DNA from: an uncultured Chloroflexia bacterium
Lineage (GTDB): Bacteria; Chloroflexota; Limnocylindria; Limnocylindrales; CSP1-4
Reading direction: 5' to 3'
Assembly (NCBI GenBank): GCA_963826225.1
Contig: CAWGWF010000006.1
Coordinates: 28,243 to 92,242 of the forward strand
Length of the DNA stretch: 64,000 bases
Under the pieces are notes generated by a model. It saw only the letters and a list, made by a program, of their open reading frames with translations. It had not been told where the DNA came from and did no database searches. Position numbers and translations under genes: made by a program. The stretch's first letter is position 1. Each line of letters begins with the position of its first letter. Below, piece by piece: positions 29,898-40,407 of the stretch.

Positions 29898-30567
29898 GAT
29901 CCCGCGGCTGGTCCGATCCCGTCGCGAACAGGCGATCCTGCGTGTACCGGTAGTGGGCGCCCACTGCCTCGACCGCCCCGGCCGCGTCCCGGGCGGCGAT
30001 GCTGGTCGCGATGTGGCGGTGGTACTCCACCGGTGGGGTCCAGCCCAGGGACTCGCGCGTGGCCAGGGCCGTTCGCATCAGGAGCACCGTCTGCGACGCC
30101 AGCCGGTCGAACAGCTCCAGCAGCCGCCCGTTGCCGGACAGCACGCAGTAGCTCCGGTGGAAGGCCATGTCGGCCTCCCAGGCGGCCGGCAGGTCGCCCC
30201 GCCCATAGGCCGTCTCGGCCTCGGCGAGGGTCGCGAACACCGTCTCGAGGTCCGAGTCGGCCGCGCGCTCGATGACCAGCCGGACGGCCGCCTCCTCGAT
30301 CGCCCGGCGCAGGACGTAGACCTCGTCCAGGTCCGCCTCCGTCAGGCTGCTCACGAAGGTGCCTCGCCGGGGGAGGTCCACGACCAGCCCGCCGCGCGAC
30401 AGCTCGGCAAGGGCGTCGCGGATGGGACCCCGCGACACGCCGAACCGCCCGGCCAGGTCCGTCTCGCGGAGGCGCGATCCGGCCGGCAGTCGTCCGTCCA
30501 GGATCTCGTCGCGCAGCTGGTCCGCGATCGACTCCCAGAGCTGCTTGTGCTCGAAGGGGGCGTGCAT
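29884..30567 (-). CDS. GntR/FCD family transcriptional regulator
   Basis: LRDEILDGRLPAGSRLRETDLAGRFGVSRGPIRDAL, LRRAIE, ADMAFH, SGNGRL. Confidence 0.92.
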   Translation of the reverse strand: MHAPFEHKQLWESIADQLRDEILDGRLPAGSRLRETDLAGRFGVSRGPIRDALAELSRGGLVVDLPRRGTFVSSLTEADLDEVYVLRRAIEEAAVRLVIERAADSDLETVFATLAEAETAYGRGDLPAAWEADMAFHRSYCVLSGNGRLLELFDRLASQTVLLMRTALATRESLGWTPPVEYHRHIATSIAARDAAGAVEAVGAHYRYTQDRLFATGSDQPRDRRPA

Positions 30568-30584
30568 CTCGGGGGCAGAATGCG

Positions 30585-30615
30585 TGTTGACATGACGATT
30601 GTCAACAGTTAGCCT
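30585..30615 (+). promoter_or_regulatory. Sigma70-type promoter overlapped by a palindromic operator
   Basis: TTGACA (30587)-17 bp-TAGCCT (30610); TGTTGACA-N7-TGTCAACA (30585-30607). Confidence 0.7.
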
Positions 30616-30691
30616 CGCGGCAACTCCCGCGTGGGCGTCCCTGCCCGCGCGCACCCACACCGGCATCGACAGCGCGACAGGAGCAGTCCCC

Positions 30692-33200
30692 ATGGCCAGC
30701 TTTCCGACCCAGGCGAAGGTCGTGATCATCGGCGCCGGCATCGTCGGCAACAGCGTGGCCTACCACCTGGCCAACCTCGGCTGGAAGGACATCCTGCTGA
30801 TCGACAAGGGGCCGCTGCCCAACCCTGGCGGCTCCACCGGTCACGCGTCGAACTTCCTCTACCTGGCCGACCACAACAAGGAGATGGCCGAGCTCACCTT
30901 GGAGAGCGCGCGCCAGTACAAGGAGTGGGGCGTCTACACCGAGTGCGGCGGGCTCGAGGTCGCCCGGTCCGAGACGCGCATGAACGAGCTCCGCCGCAAG
31001 GTGGACTCGTCCAAGAACTGGCACATCGATTCCCGGATGGTGACGCCGGCCGAGATCAAGGCGCTCGTGCCGTTCATCAACGAGGAGATCCTGGTCGGCG
31101 GCTTCTACTCGCCCGGCGTCGGCGTCTGCGACTCGCTCCAGTTCGGGACGCTGTGCCGCGAGAAGGCCGAGGCGATGGGCGCCCTCACGGTGTTCGCCAA
31201 CACCGAGGTCACGGCCATGGGCGTGGAGGACGGGCGCATCCGCAGCGTCACCACCACCCGCGGCACCGTCGAGGCGGAGTACGTCGTCATCGCCTGCGGC
31301 GTGTGGGCGCCGCTGCTGGCCGAGATGGCCGGCGCGCTACATCCCGCTCACGCCGGTCGTCCACCAGATGGCCGACTACGGCCCCGTCCCGCTGTTCGAG
31401 CGCTCGTCCAAGGCGATCGAGTACCCGATCGTGCGCGACATGGACGTCCTGATGTACGAGCGACAGGACGGCATCGGCTTCGAGGTGGGCTCCTACGCCC
31501 ACCGCTCGATCCTCCATGACCCTGAGGAGATCCCGTCGGTCGAGCAGGCGGCCCTCTCGCCCACGGAGTTCCCGTTCACCCAGGACGATTTCGATCCGCA
31601 GCTCGAGGACGCGCTCGAGATCTTCCCCGAGATCCTGGGCGACGAGCGTGTCGGCCAGAAGTACGCGATCAATGGCCTCATCGCGCTCACCCCGGACGGC
31701 ATGCCGCTGCTGGGCGAGACCCCCGAGGTCCAGGGCCTGTGGTCGGCCAACGCGGTGTGGGTCAAGGAGGGCCCGGCCGTCGGCAAGTCGATCGCCGAGT
31801 GGATGGTCCACGGCGAGCCCGAGATCGACTGCAACCAGTCCGACATCAGCCGCTTCCACGCCCACCAGAAGACGCGCCGGCACACGAAGGAGCGCTCGTT
31901 CGAGGCGTTCCCCAAGACCTACGGCATCGTCCACCCGGCCGAGCAGTACCTGTCCGACCGCCCGCTCCGCAGGTCGCCGATGCACGAGTGGCACGCGGCG
32001 CACGACGCGGAGTTCTTCGAGCTCGCCGGCTGGGAGCGCACCCAGTGGTTCAACTCCAACGCCGGGCTGGTGGAGAAGTACGGCCTCGGGACGCGGCCCA
32101 ACGAGTGGGACGCCCGCTGGTGGAGCCCGATCATCAACGCCGAGCACCTCGCGATGCGCGAGGCGGCGGGCATCTTCGACCTGTCGTCGTTCATGATCTT
32201 CGACATCGTCGGACCGGGTGCCCTGGCCTCCGTCCAGCGGGTCGCGATGCGCCAGATGGACGTCGCGGTCGGGCGCGTGGTGTACACCCCGATCCTGGCC
32301 GAGAGCGGCGGCTTCAAGAGCGACCTCACGATCATGCGCCTGGCGAAGGATGTGTTCCGGGTCGTCACGGGCGCCGGCCACGGCCCGGCCGACCTCAAGT
32401 GGTTCCGCGATCACCTGGCGGCGGACGCCGCCCTGGTGGATCAGACGACGGCGTTCACCACGATCGGGATCTGGGGCCCGCGCGCGCGGGACATCGTGCA
32501 GTCCATCACCCGCGCCGACATGTCCAACGAGGCGTTCAAGTTCGGCACCTGCCGGACCGTGGAGATCGGCTCGCAGCTGGTGCTGGCGTCGCGGATCTCG
32601 TACGTGGGCGATCTCGGCTGGGAGCTGTACGTCCCGATCGAGCAGGGCCGGCGCCTGTGGGAGGAGCTGTGGGCGGCCGGGCAGCCGCACGGGCTGACCG
32701 CCTGCGGGATGGGCGTCTACGGCACCACCGGCCGGCTGGAGAAGGCATACCGCCTGTTCGGCGCCGAGCTGGACCTCGACTACACCGTGGTCGAGGCCGA
32801 CATGGCCCCGCCCAGGGTGAAGGCCCAGGACTTCATCGGCAAGGCGGCCGTCGTGGCCGCCATGGCCGAGGCGCCCGCAGCAACGCTGTGCACCCTCACC
32901 GTGGACGACCACACGTCGGCCGGCGGCGAGCGGCGCTACATGCTGGGTCGCCAGCCGATCGTGGCCGATGCAGTGGGCACCCCGATCACCGACGCCAAGG
33001 GCCGCCGGTCGTATGCGACCTCGGCCGGCGCGGGACCGTCGCTCGGCAAGCACATCCTGCTGGCCTACCTGCCGCCGGAATACGCGGTCGAAGGGAACCG
33101 GCTGTTCGTGGAGTACTTCCAGGAGCACTACCCGGTGACCGTGGCCGTGGTCGGGGCGCGCCCGCCATTCGATCCCGACAACACGCGCATCCGGGCCTGA
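30692..33200 (+). CDS. Dimethylglycine oxidase/dehydrogenase-like FAD + GcvT flavoprotein #1; frameshift near 31337
   Basis: IIGAGIVG, GGSTGHAS, TPDG, GWER, GGFKSDLT, SYVGDLGWEL, RLEKAYR, FDPDNTRIRA. Confidence 0.9.
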
Positions 33201-33204
33201 CGCG

Positions 33205-33969
33205 ATGAAGGTCCTCGTGTGCATCAAGCGCGTCCCCGCGGTCGCCGGCCGGATCACCCTCACGGATGACGGCCGGGCGATCGACGTCAAGTACCTGGGC
33301 TTCGCCATCGGCCCGCACGAGGAGTGCGCGGTGGAGCAGGCCGTCCGCCTGGTGGAGGAGCACGGCGGCGAGTCCGTGGTGCTCACCCTGGGCCCGGCCG
33401 AGGCCCTCGAGCAGCTGCGCGAGGCGATGTCCCTGGGCGTCTCGCGGGCGATCCACCTCGTCACCGACGGGGAGGAGTGGGACCCGGAGTCCACGGCGGC
33501 CGCGATCGTGGACGCCGTCCGGGTGGACGAGGCGGAGTCCGGCCCGTTCGATGTCCTGCTGATGGGCAACGAGGCCGGCGACACCGGGGGCTACCAGGTG
33601 GGCGTCCGCGTCGGGCGTGCCCTGGGACGCCCGGTGGTGACCGGCGTGAAGGGGATGGCCGTGGCCGGCGGCGTGGCACGCTGCGAGCAGGAGGCCGCCG
33701 GCGGGCGCGCCGTGTTCGAGGTGCCGGTTCCGGCCGTCGTGGGGGTCCTGGAGGGGTTGAACCTCCCGCGATACCCGTCCGTCCCGGGGCGCATCCGGGC
33801 GAAGAGCAAGCCGGTCGCCGCGTCCAACCCGGAGCGGCCGCCGCAGCGGCTGGAGATGATCCGCCTCGAGGTGCCGGAGACGGCGGCCAAGGAGGCCACG
33901 ATCCTGGGCCACGGGGCCGCGGCCGCACCGGCGGTGGTGGACGTGCTGGCCGGGGCGGGGGTGCTGTGA
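33205..33969 (+). CDS. etfB: Electron transfer flavoprotein beta subunit
   Basis: MKVLVCIKRVP, ECAVEQAVRL, LTLGP, GNEAGD, NLPRYPS. Confidence 0.92.
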   Translation: MKVLVCIKRVPAVAGRITLTDDGRAIDVKYLGFAIGPHEECAVEQAVRLVEEHGGESVVLTLGPAEALEQLREAMSLGVSRAIHLVTDGEEWDPESTAAAIVDAVRVDEAESGPFDVLLMGNEAGDTGGYQVGVRVGRALGRPVVTGVKGMAVAGGVARCEQEAAGGRAVFEVPVPAVVGVLEGLNLPRYPSVPGRIRAKSKPVAASNPERPPQRLEMIRLEVPETAAKEATILGHGAAAAPAVVDVLAGAGVL

Positions 33970-34949
33970 TGGCCACGGTGCTGGTGCTCGTCACGACCGG
34001 TGACGATGGCGTCGACAAGGTCGCCCTCCAGGCGCTCACCCTGGGCCGGCAGGTCGCCGCCGGGGGTCCCGTCCATGCCCTGCTGGCCGGCGGGGAGGAC
34101 GACGCCGGCCTCGATGCCGCCGCCATCGGACTCGGCGAGTGGGGCGCCACGGGCGTCCACGTCGCCCGCCACCCCGCGCTGGGCGGGGGCGCGCCCGACG
34201 CGCAGGCCCGGGTCCTGCACGACCTGGCGGATCGGCTGGGTGCGGACATCGTCATCGGACCCGGGACCGACGAGGGCAACACCGTGGTCGCCCGCGCGGC
34301 CGCCCGGGCCGGGCTCCCGTTCGCCGCCAACTGCACCGCCGTCACGACCGGGAGCCCGCTCACGGTCACGCGGCAGCGGTGGGGCGGCAGCCTGCTCGAG
34401 GATGCCGCGATCCACGCCCCGCGGGCGATGCTCACCGTGGCTCCGCACGCGATCGTCGCGGAGCAGGGCGGTGGCGCGGCCCCCGCGGAGGCATTCACGC
34501 CGGAGCTGGACGACGCGGACCTCACCGTCCGGGTCGTGGGCCGGATCCCCGCGCCGGACACCGGCGTCTCGCTGGCCGAGGCGAAGGTGGTCGTGACCGG
34601 CGGGCGTGGCGCAGGGTCCGCGGAGGGCTTCGCGCCCGTCGTGGAGCTGGCCGGGTTGCTGGGGGCGGCTGTCGGATGCTCCCGGGCGGTGACGATCGCC
34701 GGCTGGCGCCCGCATACCGAGCAGGTGGGCCAGACCGGCACCAAGATCGCCCCCGAGGTGTACATCGCCGCCGGCATCAGCGGCGCGACCCAGCACCTGG
34801 CGGGCTGCAAGGGCGCCAAGCGGATCCTGGCCATCAACAAGGACCCCGAGGCGCCGATCATGTGGTCCGCGGACTACGCCGTGATCGGGGACCTCCACGA
34901 GGTCCTGCCCGCGATCAGCGCCGAGATCCGTCGCCGGCGCGGCGAGTAG
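33969..34949 (+). CDS. etfA: Electron transfer flavoprotein alpha subunit
   Basis: VVTGGRG, VGCSRAV, QVGQTG, GISGATQHLAG, AINKDPEAPI. Confidence 0.93.
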   Translation: MATVLVLVTTGDDGVDKVALQALTLGRQVAAGGPVHALLAGGEDDAGLDAAAIGLGEWGATGVHVARHPALGGGAPDAQARVLHDLADRLGADIVIGPGTDEGNTVVARAAARAGLPFAANCTAVTTGSPLTVTRQRWGGSLLEDAAIHAPRAMLTVAPHAIVAEQGGGAAPAEAFTPELDDADLTVRVVGRIPAPDTGVSLAEAKVVVTGGRGAGSAEGFAPVVELAGLLGAAVGCSRAVTIAGWRPHTEQVGQTGTKIAPEVYIAAGISGATQHLAGCKGAKRILAINKDPEAPIMWSADYAVIGDLHEVLPAISAEIRRRRGE

Positions 34950-34984
34950 CGGCGGTCCGTCACGTGCCCCACGAGGATGGACGC

Positions 34985-36139
34985 ATGACATCGGCATGGG
35001 AGGTCATCCGGCGGCAGACGGAGATCCGGGCCGATCGGTTCGACCTCGTCCCCGGTCGCCCGACGATGAAGGCCGTCGTCACGACCGGCAACGGCGGTCT
35101 CGACCGGCTGGTCTACCGAGACGTGCCGGTGCCGGTGCCGGGCCCGGGCGAGGTCCTGGTGCAGGTCCTGGCCGCGGGAGTGAACAACACCGAGATCAAC
35201 ACCCGCCTCGGGTGGTACTCGGCGACGGTGACGACGGACACGGCCAGCGCCTCCGACGCGGAGGAGCGGGAGGCCAGGGCCAAGGCCGACGGCGGCTGGA
35301 GCGCCCCGACGCCCTTCCCGTTCATCCAGGGCACGGACTGCTGCGGACGGGTCAGCGAGGTTGGGCCGGAGGTCGACCCGGCCATCACCGGCCGTCGGGT
35401 GCTCATCCGGTCGTGCATGCGTCCCCGGGGGTTCGATTCCCTGGACAACATCTGGATGGCCTCCGACTTCGACGGCGCCTTCGCCCAATACGTCAAGGCA
35501 CCGGCTTCGGAGGTGTTCACCGTCGACAGCGACTGGACGGACGTGGAGCTCGGCACGATCCCGTGCGCGTACGGGACCGCCGAGAACATGGTGCACCGCG
35601 CTCGCGTGGCGCGGGGCGACCATGTCGTCGTGACGGGAGCCTCGGGCGGCGTGGGCTCGGCAGCGGTCCAGCTGGCCAGGCGGCGCGGCGCGGCGGTCAC
35701 GGCGGTCGCGGCGGGTGCCAAGGCGGCGCAGGTGCTGGCGATCGGGGCAGACCGGGTGCTGGACCGCGACGACGACGTCGTCGCCGCGCTCGGCACGGAG
35801 TCCGTGGACGTGGTCATCGACAACGTCTCGGGCCCGGGCTTCGGCGCGCTCGTGGAGGTGCTGCGGACCGGTGGCCGGTACGCATCGTCGGGCGCCATCG
35901 CAGGCCCCATCGTGAGCTTCGACAAGCGGACCTTCTACCTGCGCGACATCACGCTCATCGGGTGCACCGCCTGGGACGAGCCCGTCTTCCCGAGCGTCAT
36001 CTCCGCGATCGAGCACGGCGAGATCCGCCCGCTGGTCGCCGGGACGTTCCCGCTGGAGCGGATCGCCGACGCCCAGCGCGAGTTCCTCGAGAAGCGGCAC
36101 GTGGGCAAGCTCGTGCTGATCCCGCCCCCCGTGGACTGA
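34985..36139 (+). CDS. Medium-chain (zinc-binding-type) alcohol dehydrogenase family protein
   Basis: EVLVQVLAAGVNNTE, IQGTDCCG, TGASGGVG, HVGKLVL; alternative ATG at 35066. Confidence 0.85.
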   Translation: MTSAWEVIRRQTEIRADRFDLVPGRPTMKAVVTTGNGGLDRLVYRDVPVPVPGPGEVLVQVLAAGVNNTEINTRLGWYSATVTTDTASASDAEEREARAKADGGWSAPTPFPFIQGTDCCGRVSEVGPEVDPAITGRRVLIRSCMRPRGFDSLDNIWMASDFDGAFAQYVKAPASEVFTVDSDWTDVELGTIPCAYGTAENMVHRARVARGDHVVVTGASGGVGSAAVQLARRRGAAVTAVAAGAKAAQVLAIGADRVLDRDDDVVAALGTESVDVVIDNVSGPGFGALVEVLRTGGRYASSGAIAGPIVSFDKRTFYLRDITLIGCTAWDEPVFPSVISAIEHGEIRPLVAGTFPLERIADAQREFLEKRHVGKLVLIPPPVD

Positions 36140-36173
36140 GCCTCCGCCGGCCCAGGGTCCGCCGCGTCGAGCG

Positions 36174-37706
36174 CTACCAGCGGTCGGACCCGGGGGCCAT
36201 GGACTCGCGCGGCAGGCGAATGTCCCACAGCGCCCGGATCTGCTCGTCCACCAGGGGATCGACGCTCGCGGGGTAGTGCTCGGCCAGGATTGCCCGCACC
36301 CTGGCGCGCGCGCGCTCGCGCACCTGGGCTCGGCCGCCCTCTTCCCAGGCGGACGGAGCGTCCCGGTTGCCGACCTTCGGGTACACGAAGTCGCGACGCA
36401 TGCGCGCCCTGGTCTCGGGGCGACCGAGGTAGTGACCGTCCTCGAGGACGGCGCCGCGGATGGCCTCGACCGACAGCGTGTCCTCGTTGACCTCGATGCC
36501 CCGGACCGTGCGCTGCACGGCGGCGAGCATCTCGTTGTCGAGCACGAACGCCTCCAGCGAGACGCCCATCAGGCTCGCCTGCATACCCGCCGACTCGAGG
36601 ATCATCGACGCGCCGGCGTTGGCCGTCAGCGCGAGCGACAGCGCCTTCTCGGCTCCGGCCTGCACGTCAGGCTCCTTGGAGTCGGTCATGCCCGCCGCGA
36701 TGCTCGCCGGGAGTCGCCAGAAGTGCGTCAGCTGGGCGAAGCCCGAGGCCAGGAGCCCCTGTTCGGCCGCGCCGGCGGAGCTGGCGCCGGTCCGCAGATC
36801 CGAGACAAATGGGAAGGCGGAGAGGTGGACCCGGCAGTTGGGGTCGAGCAGGTAGGCGAAGACGAGTCCCGCGAGGCACTCCGCCGCCGTCTGGGCGATC
36901 ATCGCGGCGAGCGTGACGGGACTGGTGCTGCCGGCCTGGCCCGCCGAGACCACGCCGACCGGCATGCCCGCGACCACCGCCGCCTCGAGGGCGTCGCACG
37001 AGTCGGCGGCGAAGCGCAGCGGCGGAATGACGTGGCAGCATGACGCCGAGCAGAACGGGCGCTCGCGGAACCGGCCCTCCCCGCCCAGGACCATGTCGAA
37101 CATCCTGACGGCTGAGCGCACGGAGTCGCCGTTGACGAAGCTGGCCGTGAAGTGCTTCGTCGTGCCCTGCATACAGGCGTACGCGGTGTTGATGTCAAGG
37201 ACGGCTGCCTCGGCGATGTCCGCGGCGGCGATCGATCGCCAGAAGAAGTGGATGTTCTCCATGCGGTCGACAAGCCGGGCGACATCGTAGAGGTCGGCGA
37301 TCGAGGCCTGGCGGTAGCGGCCCGTGGCGAAGTCCACGATGTTGGGCGATGCCCCACCCGTGCCGGTGTGGAGTCGCCCTTCGCCAACCTGCAGGTCATG
37401 GCGCGGATCCCGCCCTGGCAGGACCAGCGTGCGCGGGGCGTTGGCGATCACGTCCTCGACAAGGCTGCTGGGAAAGCGCAGCCGTCCGTGCTCGTCCACC
37501 CAGCCGCCCCTGGCGCCCACAACCTCGATCAGCCGGGGTGTCGGATCCGCGAATCCGACCCACTCCATGATGTCCAGAACACCCTGGTGCATGCGGGCAA
37601 GCTCGTCCGGCGTCATGGGCATGAAGCGTCCGCTGGGGATACCCGGCCAGACAGGTGCCCCAGCGTCCGGGGCCGGTGACTGGTAGGTCTGAGGTGCAGA
37701 TTCCAT
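36174..37706 (-). CDS. Trimethylamine methyltransferase (MttB) family, non-pyrrolysine #1
   Basis: PPLRF, QAGSTSPVTLA, SDLRTGA, AGMTDSKEPDVQAGAEKA, GHYLG; no in-frame TAG. Confidence 0.9.
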   Translation of the reverse strand: MESAPQTYQSPAPDAGAPVWPGIPSGRFMPMTPDELARMHQGVLDIMEWVGFADPTPRLIEVVGARGGWVDEHGRLRFPSSLVEDVIANAPRTLVLPGRDPRHDLQVGEGRLHTGTGGASPNIVDFATGRYRQASIADLYDVARLVDRMENIHFFWRSIAAADIAEAAVLDINTAYACMQGTTKHFTASFVNGDSVRSAVRMFDMVLGGEGRFRERPFCSASCCHVIPPLRFAADSCDALEAAVVAGMPVGVVSAGQAGSTSPVTLAAMIAQTAAECLAGLVFAYLLDPNCRVHLSAFPFVSDLRTGASSAGAAEQGLLASGFAQLTHFWRLPASIAAGMTDSKEPDVQAGAEKALSLALTANAGASMILESAGMQASLMGVSLEAFVLDNEMLAAVQRTVRGIEVNEDTLSVEAIRGAVLEDGHYLGRPETRARMRRDFVYPKVGNRDAPSAWEEGGRAQVRERARARVRAILAEHYPASVDPLVDEQIRALWDIRLPRESMAPGSDRW

Positions 37707-37768
37707 GTGACTCTCCTTGCCCCAGTTGAGGGTTGGTCAGGCTCGGCTGCCGCTCGGCTGCCGGTGGG

Positions 37769-40246
37769 TCAGGCCCTGATGCGGGCGTTCGTGGGGTCGT
37801 ACGGCGCCCGGAGCGATGCCGTCGCCGGGATGCGTTCGGTGGCGACCTCGACCTCGTAGGTCCCCGCAGCGATCCAGTCGGGAGTCGCGAGCCCGTCCGG
37901 ACGCTGGACATAGCCGAGCCCGATCGAGCGCCCGATGGTGTGCCCGAACATCGCCGACGTGATCCGGCCGACCAGCTCGCCGTCGCGCAGGATCGGCTCG
38001 TTGTGGTACATGAGCGGCTCGGGGTCGTCCAGGACGAACACGGCCAGGCGCCTGCTGACGCCGGCGTCGCGCTGGCGCAGCAGTGCGTCGTGACCGATGA
38101 AGCCGCCCCGCTTGTCCCAGGCAGCCGTGAACCCGAGGCCCGCCTCGAGCAGCGTGTCCTCGTCGCTCATGTCGTGGCCCCAGTGGCGGTACGCCTTCTC
38201 GATCCGGAGCGAGTTGAGTGCGTGGTAGCCGGCGTGGCGCAGGCCGAACGCCTCGCCGGCGGCGACGATCTCGTCGTAGACGTGGGTCGCGAACTCGGTC
38301 GGGACGTACAGCTCCCAGCCCAGCTCGCCCACGTACGTGGTCCGGGCGGCCCGGGCGAACGCGTAGCCGAGGTCGATCTCGCGCACGGCTCCGAACGGGA
38401 ACGCCTCGTTGGTGAGGTCGGCGTCGGTCATCGACGCCAGGAGCTCCCGCGAGCGGGGGCCCATCGCCGCGATCACCGCCTCGCCCGAGGTGACGTCGGC
38501 CACCGTGACGTGTGCGTCGGGCGGTATCTCGCGCCGCAGCCAGTCGAGATCGCGGATCGTCTGGGTCCCGGTGGTGACGACCAGGAACCGACCCTCGTCC
38601 AGGCGGCTGACGGTGAGGTCCGCCTCCACGCAGCCACGGTCGTTGAGCCACTGCGTGTAGACGATGCGCCCGGGCTCCACGTCCACATCGGCGGTGCAGA
38701 TCCGGTTGAGCGCTCGGGCCGCGTCCCGCCCCTGGACCAGCAGCTTGCCGAATGATGTCTGGTCGAACACGGCCACACCCTCGCGGACGGCGCGGTGCTC
38801 CTCGGCGGAGTACGGGAACCAGTTCTGGCGGCCATAGCTGTACTCGTACTCAGGCGTCGCGCCAGCGGGCGCATACCAGTTCGCCCGCTCCCAGCCACCG
38901 ACCTCCCCGAAGCACGCATTGCGGGCCGCAAGCCGGTCGTGGAGCGGCGAGCGACGGATGCCACGGGCGGTCGTCATCTGCCTGAACGGCCAGTGGGTCG
39001 CGTAGACGATCCCCACCGTCTCGGTCGTCCGCTGGTACAGGTACCGGCGGTTGCGCTGGAACGGCATGAACCGCCGGATGTCCACCTCCCACAGGTCCAT
39101 CGGCGGGCGGCCGTCCACGATCCAGTCGGCGACTGCCCGGCCGGCGCCGCCGCCGGTCGCGAAGCCGCTGGAGTTGAACCCGGCGGCGACGAAGTAGCCG
39201 CGGTTGCCCGGCGCCTCGCCCATGATGTAGCGGCCATCCGGCGTGAAGGCCTCCGGACCGTTGAAGAACAGCTGGATGCCCCTCTCGCCGAACACCGGGA
39301 TCCGAGTGGCGGCCTTGAGGATGTAGGGCTCGAGATGGTCCCAGTCCGCCGGCAGCGTCAGGAACTCCGCGTCGGCAGGGATCCCCTCGGTGGCCCAGGG
39401 CTTCGCGCGCGGCTCGAAGAACCCCACCATCAGCTTCCCGGCCTCGTTGCGCACATAGGTGGCGTCGTCGGGCATCCGCAGTACCGGCAGGTCCGGCATG
39501 AGCTCGTCGATCGGCTCCGTAACCAGGTAGAAGTGCTCGGCCGCGTGGAGCGGGACCGCCACGTCGTCCTGGGCGCCCAGCTCGCGCGCCCACATGCCGG
39601 TGCAGTTGACGACGTACTCGCAGGTGATCGTTCCATGGTCGGTCTCCACGCCCGAGACCCGGCCGTCGCGCCGGAGGATGCGCGTCACGCTCGTGTTCTC
39701 GAGGACGCGGGCACCGCCCAGCCTTGCCGCCTTGGCGAGGGCGAGCGTGACGTCCACCGGACTGGCCATCCCGTCCTTGGGAATGAACGCCGCGCCGACG
39801 ACGCCCTCCGTGTTCATCAGCGGCCACATTGCGCCCAGGCGCTCGGGCGTGATGAGGTCCATCTCGATCCCCGTGGTGCTCGCCATGGACGCGTTGCGGC
39901 GGATCTCTTCCCAGCGTCCATGGGTGTGCGCGACCAGGACCGAGCCGTGCTGCTCGAAACCGGTGCTGTCGCCGGTCCGTCGCTCGAGCTCTCGGAACAG
40001 GTCCTTCGCGTAGCTCGCGAACGCCGTCATGCTGTGTGACGCGCGCAGCTGGCCCACCAGGCCGGCGGCATGCCAGGTGGTGCCGCTGGTGAGCTTCCGG
40101 CGCTCGAGGAGGACCACGTCCCTCCAGCCGCGCTCCGTCAGGTGGAAGGCGACGCTGGCGCCGACGATGCCGCCGCCGATCACGACGACCCGCGCGGCGG
40201 ACGGACGGCCCTCCGCGATGCTTGTCCGGATGGGCGCTTCGTCCAT
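37769..40246 (-). CDS. Sarcosine/dimethylglycine dehydrogenase-like FAD + GcvT flavoprotein #2
   Basis: IGGGIVG, SGTTWHAAG, EHFY, NGPEAFTPDG, GWERANW, EADLTV, YVGELGWEL, YDPTNARIRA. Confidence 0.92.
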   Translation of the reverse strand: MDEAPIRTSIAEGRPSAARVVVIGGGIVGASVAFHLTERGWRDVVLLERRKLTSGTTWHAAGLVGQLRASHSMTAFASYAKDLFRELERRTGDSTGFEQHGSVLVAHTHGRWEEIRRNASMASTTGIEMDLITPERLGAMWPLMNTEGVVGAAFIPKDGMASPVDVTLALAKAARLGGARVLENTSVTRILRRDGRVSGVETDHGTITCEYVVNCTGMWARELGAQDDVAVPLHAAEHFYLVTEPIDELMPDLPVLRMPDDATYVRNEAGKLMVGFFEPRAKPWATEGIPADAEFLTLPADWDHLEPYILKAATRIPVFGERGIQLFFNGPEAFTPDGRYIMGEAPGNRGYFVAAGFNSSGFATGGGAGRAVADWIVDGRPPMDLWEVDIRRFMPFQRNRRYLYQRTTETVGIVYATHWPFRQMTTARGIRRSPLHDRLAARNACFGEVGGWERANWYAPAGATPEYEYSYGRQNWFPYSAEEHRAVREGVAVFDQTSFGKLLVQGRDAARALNRICTADVDVEPGRIVYTQWLNDRGCVEADLTVSRLDEGRFLVVTTGTQTIRDLDWLRREIPPDAHVTVADVTSGEAVIAAMGPRSRELLASMTDADLTNEAFPFGAVREIDLGYAFARAARTTYVGELGWELYVPTEFATHVYDEIVAAGEAFGLRHAGYHALNSLRIEKAYRHWGHDMSDEDTLLEAGLGFTAAWDKRGGFIGHDALLRQRDAGVSRRLAVFVLDDPEPLMYHNEPILRDGELVGRITSAMFGHTIGRSIGLGYVQRPDGLATPDWIAAGTYEVEVATERIPATASLRAPYDPTNARIRA

Positions 40247-40317
40247 CGCCGATGTGACTCCTCGGTGCAGTGGCGGCCGGGCGGCTCGACCTGCTCGGGT
40301 GCGCCCAGTGTAGGACA

Positions 40318-40350
40318 AATGTACCGCAAGAGGTCGCAGTATGGTACATT
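40318..40350. promoter_or_regulatory. Inverted repeat in the divergent promoter, candidate RpiR operator
   Basis: AATGTACC (40318-40325)-N17-GGTACATT (40343-40350). Confidence 0.5.
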
Positions 40351-40407
40351 CAGACTGTCGACAGCACGACGGTGCCGCTCGGCCGCGAAGGACGGAGGTG
40401 AACGCGG

